A program made the translations under genes and the position numbers. Shown piece after piece: positions 18,797 to 29,379 of a stretch of 64,000 nucleotides of DNA; positions within the stretch are counted from its first letter, which is position 1, and each line of letters begins with the position of its first letter. The notes beneath the pieces are model-generated. The model searched no databases. It was not told the origin of the DNA and saw only the letters and a list, made by a program, of their open reading frames with translations. The stretch is from a virus. The stretch is taken from the IMG/VR virus record IMGVR_UViG_3300036820_000007, positions 34,489 to 98,488 of that record; one strand, written 5' to 3'.

Positions 18797-18810
18797 ACCC
18801 CTTTGGCCTT

Positions 18811-18839
18811 GGCCCGCGCTGCGGGCTTTTTTCATGCCC
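18811..18839 (+). terminator. hairpin + TTTTTTCATGCCC element
   Basis: GGCCCGC-gct-GCGGGCT. Confidence 0.6.
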
Positions 18840-18861
18840 GTAAACGGACATTAGATAGGAG

Positions 18862-19452
18862 ATGGTTAAAATCGCCATCACTCCCTTCAATATATGCCAA
18901 GGCCCCGCAACCCTCTATTGGGGCGCATTTGGGACAACTGAGCCACTGGACTCGGCTGTCACCTCAACGCCCGGCGCGGGATGGACTGACGTCGGCGGCA
19001 CCGCGGACGACACGCCCGTGGTGCTCGAGGTGGACCTGACCTACACGGACCAGGCTGTGGACCAGCTGGTCGACCCGGTGGGCGGCCGCCTCACCAAGCG
19101 CATGGTTCAGATCACTGCGTCCATGGAAGAGGCGACGCTCAACAACCTGACGGTGGCCACCAACCAGCTGACGTCGCAGACCACTCAGGCGACCTATTCG
19201 ACGCTGGATCCGCTGACCACGTCGTCCGCCACGCAGCCGTCGTATACGGCCTTCATCATCGACGGCTGGGCGCCCACGCTGAACACGGGCGCGGCGGCCA
19301 AGCGGCGCATCATCGTGCGCAAGTGCCTGACCTCCAGCAAGATCGCGCTGTCGTACGAAAAGAGCAAGCCTGTCCTTTTTGCGACAACTTGGACCGCCTA
19401 TTATGTTTCGGCCAGTATACCACTGTATCACATAATTGACGCCACTGCGTAG
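18862..19452 (+). CDS. major tail tube protein
   Basis: GPATLYWGAFG.TEP, WTDVGGT, VDQL.DP, EATL.NL; precedes chaperones. Confidence 0.85.
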   Translation: MVKIAITPFNICQGPATLYWGAFGTTEPLDSAVTSTPGAGWTDVGGTADDTPVVLEVDLTYTDQAVDQLVDPVGGRLTKRMVQITASMEEATLNNLTVATNQLTSQTTQATYSTLDPLTTSSATQPSYTAFIIDGWAPTLNTGAAAKRRIIVRKCLTSSKIALSYEKSKPVLFATTWTAYYVSASIPLYHIIDATA

Positions 19453-19498
19453 GTATGTCCGTTTTTGACATCCACGCTTCTCTTCCTGCTCTATCCAC

Positions 19499-19540
19499 CG
19501 CCTGCCGCAGCCTACGCCGCTGCGGCAGGCGTTCTGCTTA
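19499..19540 (+). terminator. 13-bp hairpin after tail tube gene
   Basis: CGCCTGCCGCAGC-ctacgcc-GCTGCGGCAGGCG. Confidence 0.65.
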
Positions 19541-19593
19541 CCGCCGTTCTCGCCGAGCTGCTTTCCGGGGCCTGGCGATCTGAGAGGAACCCC

Positions 19594-20007
19594 ATGACCG
19601 CCGAAGTGCGCGCTATGCCGCGCCCCGGTCCAGAGGAAGAGCCGGCCGACGCGCCGCAGATCCTGCGGCTGAAGACCGCCCCGAAAGGGGCCAAGCGCAA
19701 GCGCGAGACCCTCTTCTACATCGACGACGTTGAGTACAGCGTCGAAGTCCACCCCTCGCCGGCGCGATCGCTGAAGTACCTGAAGCTGATGCGCGACGAA
19801 GGCGCTGACATCGCCACCCAGTACATGCTCGAGAACTTGCTCGGCACCGAGGGCTACCAGGCGCTCATGGAGTACGAGGACCTGACCGACGAGCAGTTCG
19901 AGCAGGTGGTCACCGCCGCCAGCAAGATCATGCTGGGATCGTTCGAAGGCCCAAAAGAGCAGCAGAAGAGGCCGCAGCGCCGGTCGCGTGGGTCCTCTCG
20001 TACCTAG
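19594..20007 (+). CDS. tail assembly chaperone (gpG-like)
   Basis: GAGG RBS; LFYIDDVEY; between tube and tape measure. Confidence 0.8.
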   Translation: MTAEVRAMPRPGPEEEPADAPQILRLKTAPKGAKRKRETLFYIDDVEYSVEVHPSPARSLKYLKLMRDEGADIATQYMLENLLGTEGYQALMEYEDLTDEQFEQVVTAASKIMLGSFEGPKEQQKRPQRRSRGSSRT

Positions 20008-20372
20008 ACGACGTCTGCTCAGACCTGAGCGTCTTCCACGGCATCCGTGACGCAGGCGAAGAACTCGACGGGCCCACCTTTTTTGCCCTGGCCATCCGGC
20101 TGCCCGCCTATCAGGGGGCCATGGCCGCCCGGCTGGCGAACGAAATCGCCGAAGAAGAGCAGGCAAGCCCATCCGTGCGCGCGGCCGTGCCGAGGTCTTC
20201 GCCGGGCGCGCCCAGCGGCAGCGGGGGAGACGCGGCCGCCCGGTTCCGGGCCCAGGCGAGCGCGCCCATCGCCACTGCGGCAGAACTCGCGTCCATGTCC
20301 GCGCCGGTGGGCAGTATGCCGGCCCTCGGGGACGTAGTTCAGGTGAAGGCGCCCGGGGCCGGCTCCCCGTAA
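19594..20372 (+). CDS. tail assembly chaperone G-T fusion via -1 frameshift
   Basis: C CCA AAA heptamer at 19950-19956; -1 frame open to 20372 (WVLSYLDDV...LDGPTFFALAIRLPAYQGAM). Confidence 0.8.
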
Positions 20373-20378
20373 GAGGGG

Positions 20379-23300
20379 GTGCTTGCGATCCCGGACGGAT
20401 TTCGCATCGCTAGCGCGTACGTAGATGTCAGCCTTAATCAGGACGAACTGCTGCGCCAGCTCGGCGAAGTCGAAGCCGAACTCGACGACCTGACGGCAAC
20501 GGTCAAGTTCGACATCGACCAGAGCAGCCTGGCGGACGCGATCGAGAAAGCCAAGCAGGAGTTTGCGTCCCAGGCTGCCGGGATGCCTGTCGGGTTCGAC
20601 ATCTCCGCGGCGAGTGTCGCCAAGGCCATCGAGGACGCGAAGGAACTCTTCAGGGCCGCGGGCGTGGCCATGCCGGTCACATTCAATGTGATGCAGCGCA
20701 GCATGGGCGCTGCAGTTTCTGCGGCAAAGGCGTACTTCAGGGCGAACCCGGCGATTATGCCGGTCACATTCAGCGTGACGCAGCGCAGCATGCAAGCTGC
20801 CCGCTCTGCCGCGAATGCGTACTTCAGGGCGAACCCAGTGTCGGTTCCGCTGACGTTCGATGTCAGCCTCGCCAGCCTGGCGAGGGCCACCTTCGGGATA
20901 TCCCGGTTCGTCAACGGGCTCTCGGTTCTCACCGGAAGGGCCTACGACGCCACCGGCGCCCTGGTGGTGCTGGACGCAGAACTGGATCGCAAGCAGGCCG
21001 CGCTTGCGGGGACCGCTTTCGACGCGGGCGCCCTCGGTGCCGTTATCGCCGCCCTGAAGGTCAGAACGGACGGCGCTACCGCAGCAGCCGCGCGCGGCGC
21101 GCGCGGCTGGACCATCTGGGGCCAGAACGCGGCCACTGTCATCCACTGGATCATCAGCGGATCGGCCGAACTGCTGGCGGTTCTGGTCCCGGCCACGGTC
21201 GCCGCTGGGGCGTGGGCATTCGCCTGGGTTCAGGGTGCGACCAACGTTTACCAGCACCTGAATGCCCTGTTTACCGCTACCGAAGCGCTTGGCCAGGCGT
21301 CTGGGCAGACGTATGGCGAAATGCTGGGCCTCAAAGGCGTCTGGCAGCAGATTCAGAACGAGGCTAACCCGGACGTCTACCAGGCGCTCGGGGGTGCCCT
21401 GAACGTCATTAAAGAGCAGTTTGGCGGTCTTGCTGAGACGGGCCTGCAGGTCGGCCAGGTATTCGACACGTTCATGGCCAAGCTGGTCTACGACTTCTCG
21501 GCCGCAGGGGGCGCTGGCCAGACCACGGACAAGATCCTGCAGAACATGATTCCTGACCTTACCCGGGTCGGGCAAGTGTTCGGGAACCTAGGGCATTTCA
21601 TTGCCTCCGCCGCCTCCCAGATGCCCGGGCTGGCCGAACTCCTCTTGCGCATCCTGGCGGATGGCATCGGTCTCGCATCGGCCCTTGCGCAACTGGCGGC
21701 CAGGTTCCAGGTCGCCGGCATTTCGATCCTCACCTTGGTCATGGGCCTGGAGGAATTCAACCGCTGGGGCTCCCTTATCGTGACCGTGCTGGGCAAGATG
21801 GGCCTCGCCACTGCCGAGCTCAGCGGCGGAACGGGCAGCTACTTCCTTGTCGGCGACCGGTTCCTCGGCATTCTCAAAAACATTTACGGCATCGTGCCAA
21901 ACCTGGCATTCGGGATCGCCAGCTTGGCCAGCAGAATCCCCTTGTTTGGTGCCGCAGTCGTGGGTGCCACGGATGACGTTGAGGCCGCAAGGGCCGCATT
22001 CATTGGCTGGATCGACGACCTGAGCGCTCTGCAGACGCTCGGGATTCTCGTGGTCGCCGTCGGCCTGGGCATCCTGATCGACAAGTGGGTTACGGCCACT
22101 TCGGCCGCTCAGAACTTCACGGCCGCGATCAACAAGCAGGTCGAGGCAGCCCGGGGGCTGAACACCCTCCCCGCCCTCGGTAATGCCCTGGACGATCTTA
22201 CCCAGAGGCTGAATCAGTCGCAGCATTCTGTCGCGGCGCTCCAGGCGTCGATGCCAGCGCTGGCGTCATCGACCACCAGGGCCGGGGTGGCTGCATACGG
22301 TTACCGGGCCGGGCTGGCAGCACAGGCCAGTGGCCTGGACACGGCCAGGGCGGCAAGCCAAACCTACCTGAAGTCGCTGGACCAGCAGGCCCAGAACGTG
22401 GGGCTCGCCACGCACAACGCCCAGATGCTGGCGAACACCTATCACATCTCGGTGCCAGCGGCGATGGCCCTGGCGGGTGCGGCGAACGTGTCGCTGGTCG
22501 GCCAGCTGAAGACCCAGAGCGGTGCATGGACTGCTGCGGGAGAGCAGATCCGCGACTACGTCACCGGCCTGGGTGCGATGGGCACCGCGTCCGGGATGGT
22601 CGGTAACGACATGCTGGCCCTGGCGATCCAGGAGGGCGAGCAGGGGACAAAGGTTGAGCAGCTCAACCAGGCCTGGGACTCGTTCATGCAGAACCTGACC
22701 GGCGGCACCTCGGACCTTGGCTCCTTTATCCAGGCCATGGGCAATCTGACCAATATCACCAACACCACGAAGTTCACCCTTTCGCAGTCGACCGAGGGAA
22801 TGTCGCTGTCGGTATCACAGTTCGCCAAGGCGCTGACCGGCACCAGCCAGACGTCCGCCCAGGCATGGCAGAACTTCGACCAAGTCCTCGGGTCGACGAT
22901 GCCGCAGCTTACGGACTGGTTCCGCATTGCCCAGGCGGAAGGGGCCGCTACCGGACCCCAGGTTTCCAAGTCCGTCCTGGACATGGCCGCGTCCCTGGTG
23001 AAGTACGCGGCCGACAGTAAGCCCGCGCAGGCTGAACTTCTCGGATTCGTCAATGCCGCTGGCATGAACATCCAGACCTTCCCTCAGCTGGAGAAGGCCA
23101 TCAAAGCCACGGGTGCCAGTACCGGGAATCTGTCGAAGAATGTCGATCAGGCCACGATCAAGATGGGCGACATGGCGCAGATCGCCCAGAATCTTGGCGA
23201 CGTTATGAACTCGCAGGTTACCAGTTCGATTTCCAATGCCTCGCTGAAAGCTTCTGGGTACTACAACGATGTAAAGAATCTGACCGAAGCCCTGCACGAC

Positions 23301-24620
23301 AACGGCACGGTCGGCGGCCACGATGCTGCGTACTGGGCGAACCAGACTGCCATTGCTTATCAGAATGCGCAGACTATCGCAGATGAGGCGACCGGCTCGA
23401 TCGGCAGGAACTCGGCCGCGATGCAGCACAATGCTGCCGTCACCGCCGCCAGCCAGTCGATTCGCGAAAAGCTCGCTGACGACCTGGAGAAAGTCAAGAC
23501 CAATTCGCAGGGCGCAGAAAGCCTTCTGGAGGCCTACACCCGCGCCGTGCTGCTGAACGGCTCCAACACTGACGCCACGAAGAGCCAGCGGGCGCAGCTG
23601 ATCAAGGACCTTGAGCAGACAGGGCTGACCGCCAAGCAGGCCACGGCGCTGGTCAACAACCTGACCAGCTCCATCAAGCACCTCCCGCCATCCGGCGCCT
23701 GGGAACTGCTGATGACCGGCAAGGGTACCTACACGATCGCCCAGGCGGCTCAGGCCTACACCCATCCCTCGGGCTATCAGGGCACCGGGCCGCCCGTGCC
23801 AAACGCCAAGGGCGGCATGATCGCCGGGCCGGGTGGCCCGACCGACGACAAGGTGCCCGCATGGCTGTCCGCGGGGGAGTACGTCGTCCGGGCGGCCAGC
23901 GTCGACAAGTACGGCAAGGAGCTCTTCGACGCGCTGAACACCGGCCACTATGCCGCCGGCGGCCTGGTCGAGCAGGGCACCAACGTGCTGACCGGCCAGT
24001 ACATCAGCACGATGCAGGGCGCGATGAAGACGACGGTCCAGAACGCGCTGGTAGGCGCCATGCTGGCGGCTCTGCACTCATCCGAGAAAGCCGCGGCATC
24101 GAGCGGCGGCGGGGGGTACGCCGGGCCGGGTGGCGGCAGCGCGTCCGCCAACGAGGCCCTGGCGCGATCGCTGTTCCCGTTCGGGTCCTCCCAGTGGCAG
24201 GACTTCGTCAACATTGCGATGCGCGAGTCCGGTTTCAGCAATACGGCCATGAACCCTTCGGGTGCCTACGGGATCGCGCAGGCGCTGCCGTCGAGCAAGT
24301 ACCCGCTGGCCGGCCGCCCGCCGAGCGAGGGAGGCTCGTCCAACCCGACCGCTCAGATCACCTGGATGTTCGATTATATCCGTGGTCGGTATGGTACGCC
24401 CGCAAATGCGTGGGCTCACGAGCAAAGTGCCGGATGGTACGATAAGGGCGGTTTGCTCATGCCCGGCGTCACCACGGCGGTGAACACGACGGGGCGGCCG
24501 GAGACGGTGCTGCCGAACAGCGGCGGCATCAACGTCAACTTTTACGGCACGCAATTCCCCGGGCCCGAGCAGATCCAGGCTTTCACCATGGCCCTCACAA
24601 GCGCTATTGCTCACGCCTGA
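20379..24620 (+). CDS. tape measure protein with C-terminal lytic transglycosylase-like domain
   Basis: 1413 aa, Ala-rich helical; GPGGPTDD.VPAWLS.GEYV; RESGF...AYGIAQALP...YIRGRYG. Confidence 0.9.
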   Translation: MLAIPDGFRIASAYVDVSLNQDELLRQLGEVEAELDDLTATVKFDIDQSSLADAIEKAKQEFASQAAGMPVGFDISAASVAKAIEDAKELFRAAGVAMPVTFNVMQRSMGAAVSAAKAYFRANPAIMPVTFSVTQRSMQAARSAANAYFRANPVSVPLTFDVSLASLARATFGISRFVNGLSVLTGRAYDATGALVVLDAELDRKQAALAGTAFDAGALGAVIAALKVRTDGATAAAARGARGWTIWGQNAATVIHWIISGSAELLAVLVPATVAAGAWAFAWVQGATNVYQHLNALFTATEALGQASGQTYGEMLGLKGVWQQIQNEANPDVYQALGGALNVIKEQFGGLAETGLQVGQVFDTFMAKLVYDFSAAGGAGQTTDKILQNMIPDLTRVGQVFGNLGHFIASAASQMPGLAELLLRILADGIGLASALAQLAARFQVAGISILTLVMGLEEFNRWGSLIVTVLGKMGLATAELSGGTGSYFLVGDRFLGILKNIYGIVPNLAFGIASLASRIPLFGAAVVGATDDVEAARAAFIGWIDDLSALQTLGILVVAVGLGILIDKWVTATSAAQNFTAAINKQVEAARGLNTLPALGNALDDLTQRLNQSQHSVAALQASMPALASSTTRAGVAAYGYRAGLAAQASGLDTARAASQTYLKSLDQQAQNVGLATHNAQMLANTYHISVPAAMALAGAANVSLVGQLKTQSGAWTAAGEQIRDYVTGLGAMGTASGMVGNDMLALAIQEGEQGTKVEQLNQAWDSFMQNLTGGTSDLGSFIQAMGNLTNITNTTKFTLSQSTEGMSLSVSQFAKALTGTSQTSAQAWQNFDQVLGSTMPQLTDWFRIAQAEGAATGPQVSKSVLDMAASLVKYAADSKPAQAELLGFVNAAGMNIQTFPQLEKAIKATGASTGNLSKNVDQATIKMGDMAQIAQNLGDVMNSQVTSSISNASLKASGYYNDVKNLTEALHDNGTVGGHDAAYWANQTAIAYQNAQTIADEATGSIGRNSAAMQHNAAVTAASQSIREKLADDLEKVKTNSQGAESLLEAYTRAVLLNGSNTDATKSQRAQLIKDLEQTGLTAKQATALVNNLTSSIKHLPPSGAWELLMTGKGTYTIAQAAQAYTHPSGYQGTGPPVPNAKGGMIAGPGGPTDDKVPAWLSAGEYVVRAASVDKYGKELFDALNTGHYAAGGLVEQGTNVLTGQYISTMQGAMKTTVQNALVGAMLAALHSSEKAAASSGGGGYAGPGGGSASANEALARSLFPFGSSQWQDFVNIAMRESGFSNTAMNPSGAYGIAQALPSSKYPLAGRPPSEGGSSNPTAQITWMFDYIRGRYGTPANAWAHEQSAGWYDKGGLLMPGVTTAVNTTGRPETVLPNSGGINVNFYGTQFPGPEQIQAFTMALTSAIAHA

Positions 24621-24640
24621 GCGGTCCCAGGAGGCGCTGA

Positions 24641-25909
24641 GTGTCGACGCCGCTGCCACCTTCGCCGCCGACCCCGGCAACACCCGGCGAGGACTACGTC
24701 CTGGATTTCAGCTTCGCTGATTACCAGACGGGCAGCGCGGTCGACCCGAGTCAGGTCGAGCTCGACATCACTTACGGCGAGGCGGTCGGCCTCACCACGG
24801 ACGTGACCGGGCCGTTCACCTGGACGGGCGCTACCGCGGCGGCACCAGGGACGCTGTGGCGTACCGGGGTGGGCCAGTACTCGTTCTGGTGGGCCATCCC
24901 GGCCAGCGCGCTGCCAGGCGTCTACGTCGCCAACTGGACCAGCACCTACGGCCCGGCCGGCGACACATTCCTGGCCTTCGAGAACTTCCCGGTCATCGGC
25001 GGCGCCCCGTTCGTCACCCCACCGCCGGGCGACGTCGGGTTCTGGACCGGAAGCCTCACCTACTCGCCAAGCTGGGCCACCTCGCCGATCGTCATCCCGT
25101 TCGGGTCGGTCGACGCCAACGGCATCTGCTGGCAGTGGCAGTCCATCCAGGGCTGGGACTCGCCGCCGACCGCTGGGCAGGGCGTCATTCAGCGCTCGGC
25201 CGACCAGGGCGGCTGGGCGGCCCCGCAATTTTACGGCCCCAGGATCATCACGCTGACGATCATGGCCAGCGCGCCCACCCAGGCAATGCGCGACTACGCG
25301 CGGGCTCTGCTGCAGCAGGCAGTCCCGGTCAATGATCTGGCCGTCCTGCTGTTCAATGAGCCCATACCAAAGGTGGCATACGTCCGCCGCAACGCCACGG
25401 CGTCGGTGACCGAGTCCTGCCCGACCCTGACCGACGTGATCTTCACCATCCCCATGGTCGCGCCGGATCCGCGCAAATACGCCGTGCCTGCGCAGTCGGC
25501 GGGCCTGGTCATCGGGCCGCCGCCGGCGGGCAACCTGGCGCTGCCGTTCTCGCTGCCGGTGTCGTTCCCCGGCAACATCCCGCCGTCGGCGACGTCGATC
25601 ACCGCCTACAACACCGGGACGTTTGAGACCCGGCCGAATCTGGCGATCGGCGGCCCGATTACCAGTCCGGCCGTCGTCAACGCGAACACCGCGGAGACGG
25701 TCAGCTTCACCGGCCTGACGCTCGGCCCCACCGACCAGCTCGTCCTGGACATGGACAACCGGCAGCCTCTATTGAACGGCACGTTCTACCCGGCGGACGT
25801 TTCGTCCGCTTGGTGGGTATTGGAGCCGGGTGCAACCCAGATATACCTAAATGGGATCACCACCGGGGGAGCTAGCTTGACCGTTTCGTACAATCCCGCC
25901 TACATCTAG
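24641..25909 (+). CDS. distal tail protein (Dit) with extra N-terminal Ig-like domain
   Basis: GWDSPP, PRIITL, APDPRKY, N.GT.ETRP, WWVLEPG; follows TMP. Confidence 0.8.
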   Translation: MSTPLPPSPPTPATPGEDYVLDFSFADYQTGSAVDPSQVELDITYGEAVGLTTDVTGPFTWTGATAAAPGTLWRTGVGQYSFWWAIPASALPGVYVANWTSTYGPAGDTFLAFENFPVIGGAPFVTPPPGDVGFWTGSLTYSPSWATSPIVIPFGSVDANGICWQWQSIQGWDSPPTAGQGVIQRSADQGGWAAPQFYGPRIITLTIMASAPTQAMRDYARALLQQAVPVNDLAVLLFNEPIPKVAYVRRNATASVTESCPTLTDVIFTIPMVAPDPRKYAVPAQSAGLVIGPPPAGNLALPFSLPVSFPGNIPPSATSITAYNTGTFETRPNLAIGGPITSPAVVNANTAETVSFTGLTLGPTDQLVLDMDNRQPLLNGTFYPADVSSAWWVLEPGATQIYLNGITTGGASLTVSYNPAYI

Positions 25910-25917
25910 GAGGGATT

Positions 25918-26991
25918 GTGGCGACAAGCGCGAATTGTGGTATTCCGCTATGGGTTGATGACCCCACGATGGACGCCTCGGCGCCATTTCGCAACTACGA
26001 AATCGGGACAAAGGTATATAACGGCGGCACGACGTCGGCCAACCAGATTCCCGGCGGAGTTTTCCCCGGCATGGGCGCCATGGCCGTCAACGCCGCTGGC
26101 GGCATGAATGTCTCTGTTAATGCGGGTTATTGCTGCTGCCCGAACTCAAGCTCGGCCCTCCAGGGCGCCTATGTGTTCGGCTTGATGAATGCCCAGACAT
26201 TCGCCCTGAACACCGCCAGCGCCACGTTCCCGCGGATCGACACCATCGTCGCCAACGTGGCTGACCTGGGCACCGACGCCTCTGCGGCCTACGTCCAGGT
26301 AGTCACCGGCGCCCCGGCTGCCGCGCCCACGCCTCCCGCGTCCCCTGCCAACTCGATCACGCTGGCGCAGATCCTCGTCGGCGCCGGGGTCACCAGCGTC
26401 ACGGCCGCGAACGTGACCGACGCGCGCAGCTATGTGGTCGCTCCCGGCGGCATTCTGCCCATCCCCAATGAGGCTGCCGCCCCCGCAGTGCCGGCCACGC
26501 AATTTCTTTACAACATCGCCACCAATCAGCTGGTCACCGGCAGCGGGACCGCGGGCTCAGTGGTCCTGCCGTCGATCCTGCCCTGGGCACCGCAGGTCGC
26601 CGTCGGCACCGCCAACGTCTTCGCCGCATCGGCGGGTGCCTCAACCGGCGTCTTGTCAGCGTCGGTGACCACCGCCGGCGAAGACATCGAGATGTACATC
26701 AAGTGGACTGGTATCGAGGGGTCCGCCCAGTACATCGCAATGAACGTGACGGTCGACAGCGCGCTGGCCGGAAGCCTGGACGTGGTCTCACTGGGGACCA
26801 CCTCGTACGCGACCGCGGGCGGGTCGGCCCACTTCTACACCTCATCGGCGCAGGGCAACACGCCTGTCGCGGGCACCCACACGATCGCCTGGAAGTTCCA
26901 GGCCGGGGGCACGGGCACCTCCGTGCACGACGGGATCATCGCCACGTCCACGTCGCCGTCGATCCTGCGGATCGCACCAGTCACCACCTGA
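25918..26991 (+). CDS. minor tail/baseplate protein
   Basis: V.VNAG, PRIDTIV, VVTGAP, LAQILV, TDARSY. Confidence 0.75.
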   Translation: MATSANCGIPLWVDDPTMDASAPFRNYEIGTKVYNGGTTSANQIPGGVFPGMGAMAVNAAGGMNVSVNAGYCCCPNSSSALQGAYVFGLMNAQTFALNTASATFPRIDTIVANVADLGTDASAAYVQVVTGAPAAAPTPPASPANSITLAQILVGAGVTSVTAANVTDARSYVVAPGGILPIPNEAAAPAVPATQFLYNIATNQLVTGSGTAGSVVLPSILPWAPQVAVGTANVFAASAGASTGVLSASVTTAGEDIEMYIKWTGIEGSAQYIAMNVTVDSALAGSLDVVSLGTTSYATAGGSAHFYTSSAQGNTPVAGTHTIAWKFQAGGTGTSVHDGIIATSTSPSILRIAPVTT

Positions 26992-27027
26992 CATCTTCCT
27001 GAACTCGCGAGGGGCGGTGCGCCCTTC

Positions 27028-29379
27028 GTGTCCTACCCCGTGCCGGGCTATCCGCTTTACGTCGACGGCGCCTACTACACCGCCGCGCAGTGGCGCGAGC
27101 TCGACGGCGGCACTTCGGTGCAGGACGCGGGCTCCCCGTCCTCGGTGTTCCCGGCCAGCGGCGTCTACCCGGACTCCGGCACCGCCATGCAGGTGCTGCC
27201 CGGCGGCGGCATGACCGCAACCGTCAACGCGGGCTACTGCTCGATCGCCTCCTCGGCCGGGGTGGGCGCGTACCGGTTTGGCCTGATGCAGCAGGCCACG
27301 CTGACCGTGGCAGCCAACTCGACCGGGTCGACCCGGCTGGATTATGTGATCGCCGGGGTCAGCGACGACGGGTCCGGGTCCACGTCTGCCGTCGAGTACC
27401 TGGCCGGCACCACCTCACCCCCCGCTCAGCCCGCCAACTCGCTGCTGCTCGCCGAGATCTCGGTCCCCAACGGCGCCTCCTCGGTCACCTCCGGGGACAT
27501 CACCGACCTGCGGACGTTCGTGGCCGCGCCCGGGTGCATCGTGCCGGTCATCTCCGCGGCGGACGCGCCGTCGGGCCCGACGGGCCAGCTGTACTACAAC
27601 GTCGCCAACGGGCAGCTTCTGTACTCGCCGGTGACTGACGTCGTGGAAGAGCTCACCGGAACCGGCAACTGGACCTGCCCCTCGTACGTGTCCGCAGTGG
27701 CCGCCCGGGCAATCGGCGGCGGCGGCGGGGGTACAGGGGTCGTCTCAGGCGCCGGCGGATCAGCCACGTTCACCGCCTCGTCCAGCTGGACCGCCCCTAC
27801 CGGGGTGAGCGCTGTCACGGTGGAATGCTGGGGCGCGGGCGGCTCGGGCGGAGGCAGCGAGCAATACTACTACGGCTCTGGCGCCGGTGGCGGCGGCGGC
27901 GGCGGCGGCTTCTCGGCCGGGACCGTGCCGGTCACCGCCGGGAGTTCTTACCAGGTCACCGTTGGTGTGGGCGGCAACTCAGCCAGCGGAACCGCTTCCG
28001 GTAACAACGGGGGCCCGTCTTCGTTTACCGGGGATGCGGGATCAGGCGGGGCACCCGCAACGATCACCGCAGGCGGCGGCCAGCGGGGGTTCTCGTCTTC
28101 GGCCGGCAACTCCGGAGAAGGCGGAGCTGGTGGCAGCGGGGACTGGACGGGCGGCACCGGCGGCCAGGGCGGAAGTTACGACGGCGGCGGCGGCGGGGGC
28201 GGCGCCGGGGACGGGTCGGATGGCGGCTCGGGCGGCCATCCAGCCGCAGGCGCCGGCGGCGCCGGCGGCGGCAGCGGCGGTGCTGGCGGCAATACCGGCG
28301 GCGAGTACGGCGGCAGCGAGGCAGGCGGCGCCAACGGCGGCTCGCCCGGGGGTGGCGGTGGCGGTGGCGGCACGCCGCAAATTCCCGACTCCGGTCCTTC
28401 CGCATCCGGCGACGGCGCCAGGGGCATGGTCATCTTGTCCTGGACCCCGTTCGGGTCCGGCGGGGGGGGCGGGGGCGGGGGCGAGGAAGCCTACGAGCCC
28501 GCGATGGCCGTCAGTTCCGGCCAGTCATATTCCTACTCGGTAGGAACAGGCGGCGGCGACAGCGCCGACGGGACGGCCACAACATTCACTGCCAGGACAG
28601 TGACCCTGGCTGCCAGCGGCGGCCAGGCCACCGATGAGCTGGCCACCGGAGGAGCCGGCGGTACCGGCAGTTCCAACACTCAGCATTTCGACGGCGGCGC
28701 CGCGGGCACTGGCTCCACGGGATCGGGCCAGGAAGGCTTCGGCGGCGGCGGCGGTGCTTCCGGGTCGACGACCGGCACCGGCGGTGCTGGAGGTAACGCA
28801 ACCGCTACTGCGGCGGGGGCCGGGGGAACGGCAGGACCTTACGGGGGCGCCGGGGGCACCGGTGGCGGCGGCAACGGCGCCAACGGGGCCGCGCCTGGCG
28901 GCGGCGGGGGAGGAAGCAGCGGGGAAAGCCTCGGCTACTCCGGCGGCACCGGCGGCGGCGGGTCGCTGACCCTCACTTACACGATCGCGCCGGGGGCCAT
29001 CCCGTACCAGCTGGCCAGCACCCGGTCCTGGTACCAGTACGAGCCCGCGGGCTCCCTGTCGTCGGTGAGCCTGTCCATGACCGCCGACGGGATCAGCGAC
29101 TACGAGATCAGCGTGTGGGCGGCCAACACTGGCCCCAAGGTGAGCGCCACCCACGGCCAGCTGCAGATCCTCGCCGACGGCAAGCAGCTCGACGCGATCA
29201 GCGCCCAGTCCTCGACGGGCGTAACCAAATCCGGGTACTGGAACGCAGGCTGGACGTTCTATACCTCCGGCGCGCAGGGCACCACCCTGTCCCAGGGTGC
29301 CCACACGATCGAATTCACTTCGTCGTTCGGCACCCTGGAAGGCCCGGCATACGTCCGCGTCACGCAGGTGCTCGCGTAG
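27028..29379 (+). CDS. minor tail protein with glycine-rich insertion (paralogue of 25918)
   Basis: same N-terminal and FYTS.AQG.T...G.HTI C-terminal domains; VECWGAGG glycine-rich core. Confidence 0.75.
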   Translation: MSYPVPGYPLYVDGAYYTAAQWRELDGGTSVQDAGSPSSVFPASGVYPDSGTAMQVLPGGGMTATVNAGYCSIASSAGVGAYRFGLMQQATLTVAANSTGSTRLDYVIAGVSDDGSGSTSAVEYLAGTTSPPAQPANSLLLAEISVPNGASSVTSGDITDLRTFVAAPGCIVPVISAADAPSGPTGQLYYNVANGQLLYSPVTDVVEELTGTGNWTCPSYVSAVAARAIGGGGGGTGVVSGAGGSATFTASSSWTAPTGVSAVTVECWGAGGSGGGSEQYYYGSGAGGGGGGGGFSAGTVPVTAGSSYQVTVGVGGNSASGTASGNNGGPSSFTGDAGSGGAPATITAGGGQRGFSSSAGNSGEGGAGGSGDWTGGTGGQGGSYDGGGGGGGAGDGSDGGSGGHPAAGAGGAGGGSGGAGGNTGGEYGGSEAGGANGGSPGGGGGGGGTPQIPDSGPSASGDGARGMVILSWTPFGSGGGGGGGGEEAYEPAMAVSSGQSYSYSVGTGGGDSADGTATTFTARTVTLAASGGQATDELATGGAGGTGSSNTQHFDGGAAGTGSTGSGQEGFGGGGGASGSTTGTGGAGGNATATAAGAGGTAGPYGGAGGTGGGGNGANGAAPGGGGGGSSGESLGYSGGTGGGGSLTLTYTIAPGAIPYQLASTRSWYQYEPAGSLSSVSLSMTADGISDYEISVWAANTGPKVSATHGQLQILADGKQLDAISAQSSTGVTKSGYWNAGWTFYTSGAQGTTLSQGAHTIEFTSSFGTLEGPAYVRVTQVLA

